Assembly (NCBI GenBank): GCA_030390025.1 | Contig: CM059432.1 | Location: 39,868,001 to 39,932,000, forward strand | Direction of reading: 5' to 3' | From: Squalus acanthias | Taxonomy: Eukaryota | Length of the DNA: 64,000 bases | Shown here: positions 52,001 to 63,826 of the stretch, one piece after another | How the letters are laid out: each line of letters begins with the position of its first letter | How positions within the stretch are numbered: position 1 is the first letter of the stretch | Notes under the pieces: generated by a model | What the model saw: only the letters and a program-made list of their open reading frames with translations | What the model was told of the DNA's origin: nothing | The model's database searches: none | Position numbers and translations under genes: made by a program

Positions 52001-52319
52001 GTCAAACTTCAAATTACCATAAGTTACCAGCAAATCCAACAGTTCTGTGATCAATAAAATAATCAGTGAAGTACCCAGATTTTGCTCCAGCGTAAATACT
52101 TAATTTAAAACTGGTTTATATTAAATCGGAGTAAAATTTTAATTAGTAAAAAAATTACAAATGTATCTTCACTAGTAATGTGGCTAATAAGCCATTCCAA
52201 AAAAACTGCTATAATCAGAAGTGCTGCGAGATGAATGCAATATATTTTCAGCAATGAAACCAACCAAGTGTCAGGGTAATTATAAATTGACCGCCTACGA
52301 CCATTTAGAGTTAAACTCA

Positions 52320-52590
52320 AGCACATGGGCACAGGAGTAGGCCATTCAGACCAACAAGCCTGTTCTGACATTAAATGACTGATCTATACCTGAAATCCAT
52401 TTACCCACCTTTGCTCCACATCCCTTAATATGGGACGTAACAAAAATGTATTAGTCCCAATCTTGACAGTTTTAATTGACCCATCATTTACTGCCTTTTG
52501 AGGGAGAAAATTCCAAATTCTCACTACCTTTGTGTGAAGTGTTTCCTGATTTCGCTCCTGATGGCTTAGCTCTAATTCAGATCCTCAGCC
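52320..52590 (-). mobile_element. Old CR1 3' fragment
   Basis: CAGGAGTAGGCCATTCAG tail and degraded ORF2 end. Confidence 0.6.
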
Positions 52591-53079
52591 AGATTCAGAG
52601 TAAAAATAGGAAAGAAAGTTGGTATAGTAATGATATTCTGTCCGAGAGACGTAACTATTTTTCTAATTATGTTTTAATCCCATGTACATATATTTTAAAA
52701 GGCTGACCAATTTAAACACCTTGGATTCTTTCGACGGCACTCAATTTGAATGTCAATATGTTAGATACAAGCCTTGAATCAAAACAACTCGAGTGTGTGA
52801 CCTGCACATTCAAACACAGTGAAAGCTCACATTACCAGTCCTACGAGAAGCTGCATACGCCCAGAAACGACGTTGAGAAAACAACTTGTTGCTACGACTT
52901 ACTTTTTTTTAAATAAAAGTCAACGCCAGCGAGCTGAAATAATAAATAACTTGGGGAGTGTCGTAGAAATATCGCTGGTGAAACCTCAGAGACACAGAAC
53001 CTGTCATTTTAAAGAACGCCAGCAATAGTTGGTGATTTTTTTTTAATTCCACAACACTCTATGTGACACATATAAACAC

Positions 53080-53760
53080 TCGCAAATGAAATAAGACCCG
53101 CCGGCCGGGGCCGGGACGGTCCGGCACTCGCCGCCCGGGGCGGGGACACTCCGGCTCCCGCCGCCTGGGCTGTTGTTATTCGTTCGGACCACACGCGACA
53201 CAAGTTCCAACGTTACCGTTTTCCCCTCGCATTTATCGCCCTGGACTGGCTGAATGTTAAAGCCCAGAGCCAGCCTCCCCCCGCTATCTCAATCGCTCGC
53301 TTTCCCGGGTCCCCACAGCCGCAAAACCCCGCCCGGCGCCAAGTTACCACACACACGGGCAACAGTTCGCTCTTTTTTTACTTTCATCGACAAACCGCCC
53401 CGCCGACTCTCAACTTCCAGAAACAACCACCACCTCTCGCTCGCTTACCATTGACTTTGTCAGGCGTTAAACTCGGCGCAGTTTACCCAGCCTGAAGCCG
53501 GTGTCGAAGGCTTTCTCCGAAGTTGTCTCCCGGCCCGCTCCACTCGGTCACTCGCCTCACTGTTTCTTCCCTCTCCCCAGTGGATCGCAAATATGGCGAC
53601 GACGGGATTGGCATCAGGATCGCGAGCGCCCAGGCGTCGCTCGCAACGTCGGCACGCACAATCCAGGCTGCCAGACGTCAGGGCGTCGGTGAGGGGAGGG
53701 AATCCCCGCGCGTCACCTGAGAAGCCGGTTACGTAATCCACCGTGATTCAACGCTGGTAA
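53080..53760 (-). promoter_or_regulatory. PLEKHF2: CpG island, probable PLEKHF2 promoter
   Basis: The only clearly non-TE CpG-rich block upstream of the coding exon. Contains a YY1-like AATATGGCG (53590-53598), a CRE-like GACGTCA (53673-53679) and GTTACGTAAT (53728-53737). Confidence 0.7.
53449..53660 (-). other. PLEKHF2: Putative non-coding exon 1 of PLEKHF2 (5' end approximate)
   Basis: Strong donor AATG|GTAAGC on the minus strand at 53448, inside the CpG island. Consistent with the two-exon structure recalled for vertebrate PLEKHF2. Confidence 0.6.
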
Positions 53761-55396
53761 CCACAATCCACATTGCATTTATATCACACCTTCAACATAG
53801 GACAAAAGTCCCAAGGCTTACAGCACAGAAGAAGGCCGTTTGAGCCCATGCCGGCTGTCTGCAAGAGCACCTCAACTAGTCCCACTCCCTCTCCCTTTCC
53901 TGTAGCCCTGCAAATTTTTTTCCTTCAGATACTTATCCAATTCCCTTTTGAAAGATAAGATTGAGTCTGCCTCCACCACCCCTTCAGGAAGTGTATTCCA
54001 GATCTTAACCACTCGCTGCGTAAAAAAGTTTTTTCTTACGTCGCCTTTGGATCTTTTGCCAATCACCTTAAATCTGTGTCCTCTGGTTCTCGATCCTTCT
54101 GCCAATGGGAACAGTTTCTATCTACTCTGTCCAGACCACTTATGATTTTGAGCACCTCTTTCAAATCTCCTCTCAATCTTCTCTGCTCCAAGGAGAACAA
54201 CCCCAGCATCTCCAGTCTATCAACATAACTGAAGTCCCTCATTCCTGGAATCATTCTCGTAAATCTTTTCTGCACCTTCTCTAAGGCCTTCACATCCTTC
54301 CTAAAGTGTGGTGCCCAGAATTGGACACAATACTCCAGTTGGGACGAACCAGTGTTATAGACAGGTTCATCATAATTTCCACACTTTTGTACTCTATACC
54401 TCTATTTATGAAGCCCAGGATCCCGTAAGCCTTTTTAACTGCTTTCTCAGCCTGTTCTGCCACCTTCAACGATTTATGCACACATACCCTCAGGTCTCTC
54501 TGTTCGTGCACCCCCTTTAGAATTGTACCATTTAGCTTATATGTCCTCTCCCCATTCTTTCTACCAAAATGTATCACTTCACACTTTTCTGTGTTAAATT
54601 TCATCTGCCACGTGTCCACCCATTTCACCATCCTGTCTATGTCTTCCTGAAGTCTATCACTCTCCTCCTCACTGTTCACTATACTTCCAACTTTTGTATC
54701 ATCTGCAAATTTTACTCAAGTCATTAATATATATCAAGAAAAGCAGTGGTCCTAGAACCGACCCCTGGGGAACACCACTGTATACTTTCCTCCAGTCCGA
54801 AAAACAACCATTCACCACTATTCTCTCTTTCCTGTCACTTAGCCAATTTCGTATCCATGCTGCTACTGTCCATTTTATTCCATGGGCTTCATCTTTGCTG
54901 GCAAGCCTATTATGTGGTACTTTGTGGAACGCCTTTTGGAAATCCATGTACACTACGTCAACCGCATTGCCCTCATCAACCCTCTCTGTTACCTCATCAA
55001 AAAACTCAATCAAGTTGGTTAAACATGATTTACCTTCAACAAATCCGTGCTGGCTTTCCTTAATTAATCCACACCTATCCAAGTGACTGTTAATTTTGTC
55101 CCTGAGTACTGTTTCTAAAAGCTTCCCCACTACCGAGGTTAAACTGACTGGCCTGTAGTTGCTGGGTTTATCTTTACACCCTTTTTTGAACAATGGTGTA
55201 ACATTTGCAATTCTCCAGTCCTCTGGTACCACCCCCGTATCTATGCAGGATTGGAATATTATGGCCAGTACCTCCGCGATTTCCGCCCTCAATTCCCTCA
55301 GCATCCTAGGATGAATCCCATCCACTCCTGGTGATTTATCTACTTTAAGTACAGCCAGCCTTTCTAATACCTCCTCTTTATCAATTTTTATCCTAT

Positions 55397-56613
55397 TGCT
55401 GCAGGAGTTCCTCAGGGCAGTGTTCTGGGCCCAACCATCTTCAGCTGCTTCATCAATGACCTTCCCTCCAACATAAGGTCAGAAAAGGGGGTGTTCGCTG
55501 ATGACTGTACAGTGTTCAGCACCATTCACAACTCCTCAGATAATGAAGCAGTCCATGCCCGCATGCAACAAGACCTGGATTACGTTCAGGCTTGGGCTAA
55601 TAAGTAGCAGGTAACATTCGTGCCACAGAAGTGCCAGGCAATGACTATCTCCAACAAGCGAGAGTCTAACCACCTTCCCTTGACATTCATCGGCATTACC
55701 ATCGCCGAATCCCCCACCATCAACATCCTGGGGGTCACCATTGACCAGAAACTTAACTGGACCAGCCACATAAATACTGTAGCAACAAGAGCAGGTCAGG
55801 GGCTAAGTATTCTGTGGTGAGTGTCTCACCTCCTGACTCCACAAAGCCTTTCCACCATCTACAAGGCACAGGTAAGGAGTGTGATGGAATACTCTCCACT
55901 TGCCTGGATGAGTGCAGCTCCAACAACACTCAAGAAGCTCAACATCATCCAGGACAAAGCAGCCCACTTGATTGACACCCCATCCACCACCTTAAACATT
56001 CACTCCCTCCACCACCGGCATACTGTGACTGCAGTGTGTACCATCTACAAGATGCACTGCAGCAACTCGCCAAGGCTTCTTTGGCAGCACCTTCCAAACC
56101 GGCGACCTCTTCCACCTCGAAGGACAAGGGCAGTAGGCGCATGGGAACACCATCACCTCCAAGTTCCCCTCCAAGTCACATACCATCCTGACTTAGAAGT
56201 ATACCGCCATTCCTTCATCGTCGCTGGGTCAAAATCCTGGAACTCCCTCCCTAACAGCACTGTGGGAGTACCTTCACCACACGGACTGCAGCGGTTCAAG
56301 AAGGCGGCTCACCACCACCTTATAAGAACATAAGAACATAAGAAATAGGAGCAGGAGTAGGCCAATCGGCCCCTCGAGCCTGCTCCGCCATTCAATAAGA
56401 TCATGGCTGATCTGATCCTAACCGCCAATCTACTATCTATCACAGAACCATCTCCTGCATCTAACAGAATTGCACACACGAAATAGGAGCAGAATCAGGC
56501 TACACAGTCCCTGGGCCCGCTCCACTACCCACAGGGCCAAGGAGAAGTAGTGATGGGTAATAAATGCTGGCCTTGCCAGCGACGCCTACATCCCATAAAC
56601 AAATTTAAAAAAA
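55397..56613 (+). mobile_element. Zenon-like CR1 3' portion inserted in the CR1 ORF2
   Basis: [31 protein letters not shown]. Tail ATAAATGCTGGCCTTGCCAGCGACGCC plus an A-run. Confidence 0.85.
56322..56540 (-). mobile_element. Dual CR1-tail short element inserted in the Zenon-like LINE
   Basis: The reverse complement carries the same diverged-then-canonical tail pair as 28066-28237 and ends in (CTTATGTT)n. Confidence 0.65.
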
Positions 56614-58362
56614 ATCAAGTATCTCCACTACATCCTCCTTCACTATGTCTATGGCAGCATCCTCTTCCTTGGTGAAGACAGATGCAAAGTATTCATTTAG
56701 TACCTCAGCCATACCCTCTGCCTCCATGCATAGATCTCCTTTTGGTCCCTAATCGCCTCCACCCCTCCTCTTACTACCCTCTTACTATTTATATGCCTAG
56801 AGAAGACTTTTGGATTACCTTTTATGTTGGCTGCCATTCTATTCTCATACCCTCTCTTTGCCCCTCTTATTTTCTTTTTCACTTCTCCTCTGACCTTTTT
56901 ATATATTGCCTGATTCTCAGATGTATTTGCAACCTGACATCAGTCATACGCGCTCTTTTTCTGCTTCATCATATTCTCTATCTGTTTCATCATCCAGGGA
57001 GCCCTGACTTTAGTTGCCCTGCCTTTCCCCCGAGTGGGAATGCACCTCAACTGTACCTGAACTATTTCTTCTTTAAAGGCAGCCCATTGTTCCATTACAG
57101 TTTTGCCTGCCAATCTTTGATTCCAGTTTACCCGGGCCAGATCCGTTCTCATCCCACTGAAATTGGCCTTCCCCCAGTTAAACATTTTTACTCTAGATTG
57201 CTCCCTGTCCTTTTCCATAGCTAATCTAAACCTTATGATACTATGATCACTGTGCACTAAATGTTCACCTACTGACACTTGCTCCACTTGACCTACCTCA
57301 TTCCCCAGAACCAGATCCAGCAATGCCTCCTCCCTCGTCAGACCGGAAAAATACTGATCAAGAAAGTTCTCCTGAACACACTTCAGAAATTCTTCCCCTT
57401 CCCACTATTGCTCTCCCACTCTTCTTCCTCCCCCACTGTACAGCTGAGCCACCCATGGTGCCACGAACTTGGCTCTGGCTGTACTCCCCAGAGGAACCAT
57501 CGCCCTCACCAGTACTCAGAACCGAATACTGGTTGGAGAGCGAGATGCAGGGGACTCCTGCACTACTTGCCTGGTCCTCCTCTTCTGTCTGGTGGTCACC
57601 CATTCCTTCGCTGCCTGCACACTCCTTAGCTGCGGGGTGACCACCTCCTGAAATGTGCTATCCACGTAGCTCTCAGCCTTGCGGATGCACCACAGTGACG
57701 CCAGCTGCCGCTCAAGCTCCGAAACCCGGCACTCGAGCTCCTCCAACTGACGACACCTCCTGCACACGTGGTTGTCCAGGACACGGGAAGCGTCCTGGAT
57801 TTCCCTCATGGCACATGATGTGCATTCCATGGGACTGAGCTGTCCTGCCATGCCTCTATTTAATAGACTATTAACTAACTTACAGAAGTAAACGTAAGAC
57901 TAAGGGGGAAAAATTTAGTTGGTTAGCGCGTCTCCAGGGGGCGCTAACGGGGCGCTAACGACTTAGCACTGCCCGCAAAATTGACCTGGCAGTTTGCGGT
58001 GGCGCTAAACACTACTGCCACGATCTCCTGTGCCCGGAGATCGTGACGTCATCAAAGCGCGCAACGCCCCGGTAGCACCCGGACCAGAAATTGATTCTCG
58101 CCCCCTGCCTCAGCGCCTGCCGCTAGGAACGACAGGTAGAGGGAGACATTTTGCAGTCAGCTGGGAGCTGGGGGAGCGCTATTTAAAGGCGTGCACTTCC
58201 TGTTTTTTCCTGTCGGCAAAATATTCTGCATACGCAGGTTGAGAGAGGGAGAGAGGCGTCTGGAGACATTTAACGCTGTCCTACAAGGAGTTTTGTTCCT
58301 CAGCAAGACTTTTCAGGTTCCCATTTCTGTCAGCTTTATCACTACCATATTAAGAAGATTAA

Positions 58363-59470
58363 ATGGGGGCTGTACTAGCACGGGGCGTCGTCCTCCAGCT
58401 TCACCTTCGAAGGCAGCGGAGGCGGAGAGAGTGGCAAACGTAGCCAGAGGGAGGAGGGCCAACATGGCTCTGCACAAGAAACCTTACCCTCCCAGGGTAT
58501 TCCGGGAGCAATTCTCATACATTCATCTGTCCGAGGAGCAGTGTTTTAGCTTCAGCAAGGAGGTGGTCACATAGCTCTGCCACCTCCTGCAACCAGAGCT
58601 CCAGCCTCAGCCAGTACGTCTCTGTCGGTGGCAGTGAAGGGACAGTGGCTCTCAAAAGCGGCTCCTTCCAGGCTTCAACTGGGGATATTGCGAACATCTT
58701 CCAGTTCGCCATCGATTGTTGCATCTGGGAGGTCACAAATGCTCTATACCAAAGGAGAAGGGAGTACATCTCATTCCCCATGACCCGAGACAAACAGACA
58801 GATAGCGGGCTTCCCCATGGTTCAGGGCACCATTGACTGCACACACATGGCATTGCGGGCACCTCATGAAAATGCAGAGGTTTTCCGCAACCGCAAAGGC
58901 TTCCACTCATTCAACGTGCAGTTGGTGTGCGACCACAGACAGCGCATCCTCGCTGTCAATGCCCGCTATCCTGGCAGCAGCCACGATGCATTCATCCTGT
59001 GCCAGACTGGTGTCCCAGACCTGTTCCAAGCACCGCATCAACCTCGTGGCTGGCTCCTCGGGGACAAGGGTTATCCACTCTGCACCTGGCTGATGACACC
59101 GCTCCGTAACCCCAACACTCCTGCTGAGCTCCAATACATTGAGAGCCATAGTGCCACTAGGAACCTCATTGAACAGATGATCAGCGTGCTGAAGCAACGG
59201 TTCCAGTGTCTTGACCACTCTGGAGGAGCCCTGCAGTACTCCCCTGATCGAGTATCGGTTTTCATTGTGGTGTGCTGCATGCTTCACAACCTTGCAATTC
59301 TGAGGACCCAGCCATTGCCACCAGGGATTGGTGGACCACCTCAGGAGGAGGAAGAGGGAGAGGAGAAGGAGGAGGCGGAGGGGGAGGATGAAGAGGAGGA
59401 TGAGCAGCAACAACGTGGGAGGGAGGCGCTCAATGTTGCCTTTGCAAGGGCCGTTCGTGAACGCCTCTGA
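58363..59470 (+). pseudogene. Harbinger DDE transposase (HARBI1-like), N-terminal half frameshifted or deleted
   Basis: GTIDCTH, NRKGFHSFNVQLVCD, YPGSSHDAFIL, WLLGDKGYP, TRNLIEQ..VLKQRFQCLD, CCMLHN. 58817..59470 is open. AATAAA at 59586. Confidence 0.9.
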
Positions 59471-59773
59471 TGAATGACAGAGAAGATGGCTTTTGGGATG
59501 AACAAGCACATCATTACAGCCATCCCGCAGCCCCTATTATCGGGCAATGCTCCAACGAGTAAAAGGAGCAAAGTTGTCAAGTTTCAATAAAAAAAAAAAA
59601 TTTTTTGACCAACTGTGTCTTATTAAGCACAACCAATAACAAACAAACACAACAATTCATTAACAAAACTGGTTCTTACCACATCGAGATAAACGTTAAC
59701 AGAGTGAACAATATATTAACATACACATCCAACTTTGGGGCAAATATTCCCCCATTTGTTTGAGAATTTTTAG

Positions 59774-61669
59774 TTATTCGCCCTTTGAGAATGCTCTCCC
59801 TCCCCTTCGCACTTCCCCCCTTCCAACCCTACTGCTCCTCCGTAATGTGGCCCCAGTGGCTGCAGCAAGGCTGGCGGAAGGCTGCTGAATGTTGGATCCA
59901 GAGACTGTAGATTGCCTTGAAGGACGCCCTCGACCAGCTCTGGGCCTGGAGGGCCCGGCTGCAGACTGCACCAACTCCGCATGGGTGGCAGCAGTCTGAG
60001 CTGGCTGTGTTACAGGCTGTGGCAAGTGCAATGGCGGAGTGGTGGTGGTGGCAGCAGGAGTGCTATCATCCTGAGAGAGGACAGCACCTTCCTGCTCGAC
60101 CAACACACTGCCACTCCCCCGGGGCAGAACCACAGCATCTGGAGCAATCTGCTCAAGCACAGATTGCTAGCCTGCTGCGGCACCGTCAGATCCCCAGTGG
60201 ACTGTGAGCGACCCAGCGACGATGGCAGCAGTGAGCGCTTGTGTGGCATCAATCTGAGACTGCATGAGAGCAGTCTGACATTGGTACCAACCAATGACTT
60301 GATTCCAGCACTAAACCATTGCATTGCCTCAGCCTGTGCTGCAATAGATGCTGACACCTCACCCATTACACGCGGCATGGGGTCTGGGTCCCCACGGTCT
60401 CTCTGCAATTCAATCATCCTCTGCAACGAGGCAAGGATGGGTTCAAGGGTTTGCACACAGATGACAGCTATACTGGCGGCAGACTCCTCCACGCTCCTAG
60501 CCAGTGCATCCATGCTCTCGGGCACCCTTGCCATTGCACCCATGAGCTCCGTATGCATGCTCATCGCCTGAGTGTTCATGGCCGCGATATCGAGGTCTGA
60601 GTCCAAGTCCTGTGCAATAGAACTCGTGCGCGCACTCACCCTCCGGGGAGATGGCCCCCGAGCTTCCCTTCCTCCATAGCATTGCTGCAGCCTGCTGGGT
60701 CCCGGAGCTTCACCCACATCAGATCCAAATCCCCTGCTCCCCTCCAGTGAACGCAAGGCTCCAGTATCGGATGTCTCGCCCTCGGGAGATGCAGGCGGTG
60801 ATGCGCCGGCTTCGTGTTCTTCCTCTCCCACGTCGCTGCCACTGGGAGGCTGAGGGAAAGGCTGGTCAGATGGTGGCTCACTATCTGAAAGCAGGAAGGT
60901 ACAAGTGTGGCTTTAACGTGAGGGCAGGGGGGCAGGAAGGGAGCAAGGAATGGAGATAGTATAGTTAGATTGAAAGTGGGAAAGGCTGGTGTTGTGAGGG
61001 GGAAGTGGTATGAGAGAGGAGATAAAGATGATGAACATACCGTTGCTGTCCCCAAGGGGGTCAACCTCTCCAACTGCCACAGCGCCCACAACATGACTGG
61101 TGATGAGTCTGTGGACTCGCTCCTCCAGCTGTGTGAGGAGGTGCAGCTCCGCCTGACTTCACCCATGCGTTGTTGCTCCCTCCATTTATGTGAAAGCTTG
61201 GCCTGCAAGAAAAAGGACAGTCTATGAGTGAGTGTGCAGCCATAGGCAGATGTGCCTACCATAGTTGAATAGCCATTAATGTCTGCAAGGTGTGGGATGT
61301 GGATGTGACTTTAATTAGCTGAGCATAGTTGTTGGGTGAGTATTGGGGATTTGGGACTTTACACCGTCTGTGCACAGCGTGAGGTTGAGATGGTGGGATG
61401 TAGAGGTTTTTCAAGCATCTACTCACCCTGACCACCCGAGTGAGGTCGTTGAACTTCTTGCGGCACTGGGTGTGAGTCCTTTGGACCAGGCTCCTGGATG
61501 AAATGTACTGGGCAACCTCCCTCCACACCCTTGTAAACTCCCAGGGCAATGTCCTCCTGCAAGTGTCTGGAAACAGCACTGCCCGTCGGCGCTCCACAGC
61601 ACCAACCAGAGCCTCCAATGCCTGGTCGCTAAACCGGCGAGCTCTCTCCCTGGGCCTCTGAGTAGCCAT
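59774..61669 (-). pseudogene. Harbinger Myb/SANT-like DNA-binding protein gene, predicted exons 61669-61427, 61202-61041 and 60884-59774, with frameshifts
   Basis: RFSDQALEALV...WREVA...RTHTQCRKKFNDL trihelix motif. Donors AGG|GTGAGT (61426) and ACG|GTATGT (61040); acceptors TTCTTGCAG (61203) and TGCTTTCAG (60885). Confidence 0.8.
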
Positions 61670-62195
61670 GATAATCTTTGGTGAAGATTTGCACCTCCTT
61701 GCAGGCCCAGGTTAAACGCAGCAATGAGCAGGGTGAGGCTGTACAGCATGATTGACCCTCCCCTTTAAGAACTGGAAGGCGCCAGTATGTCTGAGTACAA
61801 GGTGATTGACATCGCCTGAGCTTGAGGTGCTCTGAGGTAGCGCCCCATTCCCTGACGTTAGCACCCTAAGAGAGGTGTGTAGCGCTTGATTTAGTGCTCC
61901 AATCACCTCCAGGGGCGCCGGAGACAAATTTCACGGTCACCGATATTAGCATCCCAAAATGGCCGATACGGAATTTTTCCCCCCTAAGAGTCTTAAAAGT
62001 TGGGCCTAACTTTATCTCCGGCTGCTTCTCTAACTCTCTTAGTTAAAGTCTTTATTCACATGGTTATCTATAATTATATTAATTCGTTTCTCTAGTTATG
62101 TTAGAGAGAATAAAACACTAATACTCACTCACCAATCACCTTCCTGCAGTCCTGTGACGTCACTCCTTGCTTTTGCTGTTCTTTTGGAATTCGCC

Positions 62196-62661
62196 GGCCC
62201 TGCACTCTCTATCCTGTGCTGCAGCCTCTGCTGCCCATTCCTCTCCGGTCCGCTGTCCTCGGGCCCCGTGCTCTTTATCCTGTGCTGCAGCCTCTGCTGC
62301 CCATTCCTCTCCGGTCCGCTGTCCTCGGGCCCTGCGCTCTCTATCCTGTGCTGCAGCCTCTGCTGCCCATTCCTCTCCGGTCCTCGGGCCCCGCACTCTT
62401 TATCCTGTGCTGCAGCCTCTGCTGCCCATTCCTCTCCGGTCCTCGGGCCCCGCACTCTTTATCCTGTGCTGCAGCCTCTGCTGCCCATTCCTCTCCGGTC
62501 CGCTGTCCTCGGGTCCCGTGCTATTTATCCTGTGCTGCAGCCTTTGCTGCCCATTCCTCTCCGGTCCTCGGGCCCGGTGCTCTCTATCCTGTGCTGCAGC
62601 CTCTGCTGCCCATTCCTCTCCGGTCCGCTGTCCTCGGGCCCCGTGCTCTTTATCCTGTGCT
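62196..62661. repeat. GC-rich tandem array of about 7.5 units of 59 or 66 bp at the CR1 5' end
   Basis: ATCCTGTGCTG recurs at 62211, 62277, 62343, 62402, 62461, 62527, 62586 and 62652 (periods 66, 66, 59, 59, 66, 59, 66). Confidence 0.95.
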
Positions 62662-62987
62662 GAAGTGTAATCAGTCAAAAAAAAAATCAACATGGAGATA
62701 TTAGGAAGGGTGACTAAAAATCTTTGGCGTAAGGGGTCGGTTTTAAGCCCAAGGAAAGGAGGTGGAGAGGCAGAGAGATATGGGAGAGAATGCCAGAGCT
62801 TAGGGCCCAGACTGCTGATGGAGCAAAGGGAATGGGGAATGCACAGGAGGCCAGAGTTGGAGGAACACAAAGTTCTTGGAAAGTTACATGCTCGAGAAAG
62901 ATACAGTGATAGGGAGGGACGTGGCCATGATGGATTTGAATACAAGGATGAGAATTTTAAATCTGATGCACTGGGGGGCCAGAAGAA

Positions 62988-63826
62988 AATGCAGCAAGAC
63001 CTGGACGACATTCAGGCTTGGGCTGATAAGTGGCAAGTAACATTCGCGCCATACAAGTGCCAGGCAGTAATAATCTTCAACAAGCGAGAGTCTAACCACT
63101 GCCCCTTGACATTCAATGGCATTACCATCGCTGAATCCCCCACCATCAACATCCTGGGGGGTCACTATTGACCAGAAACATAACTGGACCAGCCACATAA
63201 ATACTGTGGCAACAACAGCAGGTCAGAGGTTGGATATTCTGTGGCGAGTGTCTCACCTCTTGACTCCCCAAAGCCTTTCCACCATCTACAAGGCAGAAGT
63301 CAGGAGTGTGATGGAATACTCTCCACTTGCCTGGATGAGTGCAGCTTCAACAACACTCAAGAAGCTCGACACCATCCAGGACAAAGCAACTCACTTGATT
63401 GGCACCCCATCCACCACCTTAAACATTCACTCCCTCCACCCTGGCGCACCGTGGCTGCAGTGTGTACCATCTACAAGATACACTACAGCAACACGCCAAG
63501 GCTTCTTCGGCAGCACCTCCCAAACCCGCGACCTCTACCATCTAGAATGACAAAGGCAGTAGGCACATGGGAACACCACCACCTTCAAGATCCCCTCCAA
63601 GTCACACACCATCCTGACTTGGAAATGCATCGCCGTTCCTTCATCATTGCTGGGTCAAAATCCTGGAACTCCCTCCCTAACAGTACTGTGGGAGTACCTT
63701 CACCACAAGGACTGCAGCGGTTCAAGAAGGCAGCTCACCACCACCTTCTGAAGGGCAATTAGGGATGGGCAATAAATGCTGGCCTTGCCAGCGACGCTCA
63801 CATCCCATGAACGAATATTAAAAAAA
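62988..63826 (+). mobile_element. Zenon-like CR1 3' portion inserted in L2
   Basis: MQQDLDDIQAWADKWQVTFAP, IYKAEVRSVMEYSPLAW. Closely similar to 55563-56613. Confidence 0.85.

Larger units (their letters stand above)
57904..61984. mobile_element. Full-length PIF/Harbinger DNA transposon (4081 bp), decayed
   Basis: TAA TSD at 57901-57903 and 61985-61987. TIR GGGGGAAAAATT / AATTTTTCCCCCC. Convergent transposase and Myb/SANT genes. Confidence 0.92.
53818..62661 (-). mobile_element. Near full-length CR1 LINE (5' tandem array, 5' UTR, ORF1 N-terminus, internal deletion, ORF2, tail) carrying nested elements
   Basis: ORF1 57851..57516 (CTSC..CRRC zinc finger plus leucine zipper). Deletion near 57405 joins into the APE domain (LDLVLGN, SDHS). 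RT 55325..54699 ([19 protein letters not shown]). Tail at 53820. Confidence 0.85.

Noticed and set aside
53460..53741. Short ORFs in the CpG island
   Set aside because: Expected in GC-rich sequence, with no recognisable protein similarity.
58817..59470. Domesticated host HARBI1 gene
   Set aside because: It lies within TIRs and a TSD next to a Myb/SANT partner and has a disrupted N-terminus, so it is a transposon copy.
62196..62661. CRISPR array or repeat-protein ORFs
   Set aside because: The units are contiguous with no unique spacers, the context is eukaryotic, and the ORFs in several frames arise from the repeat.
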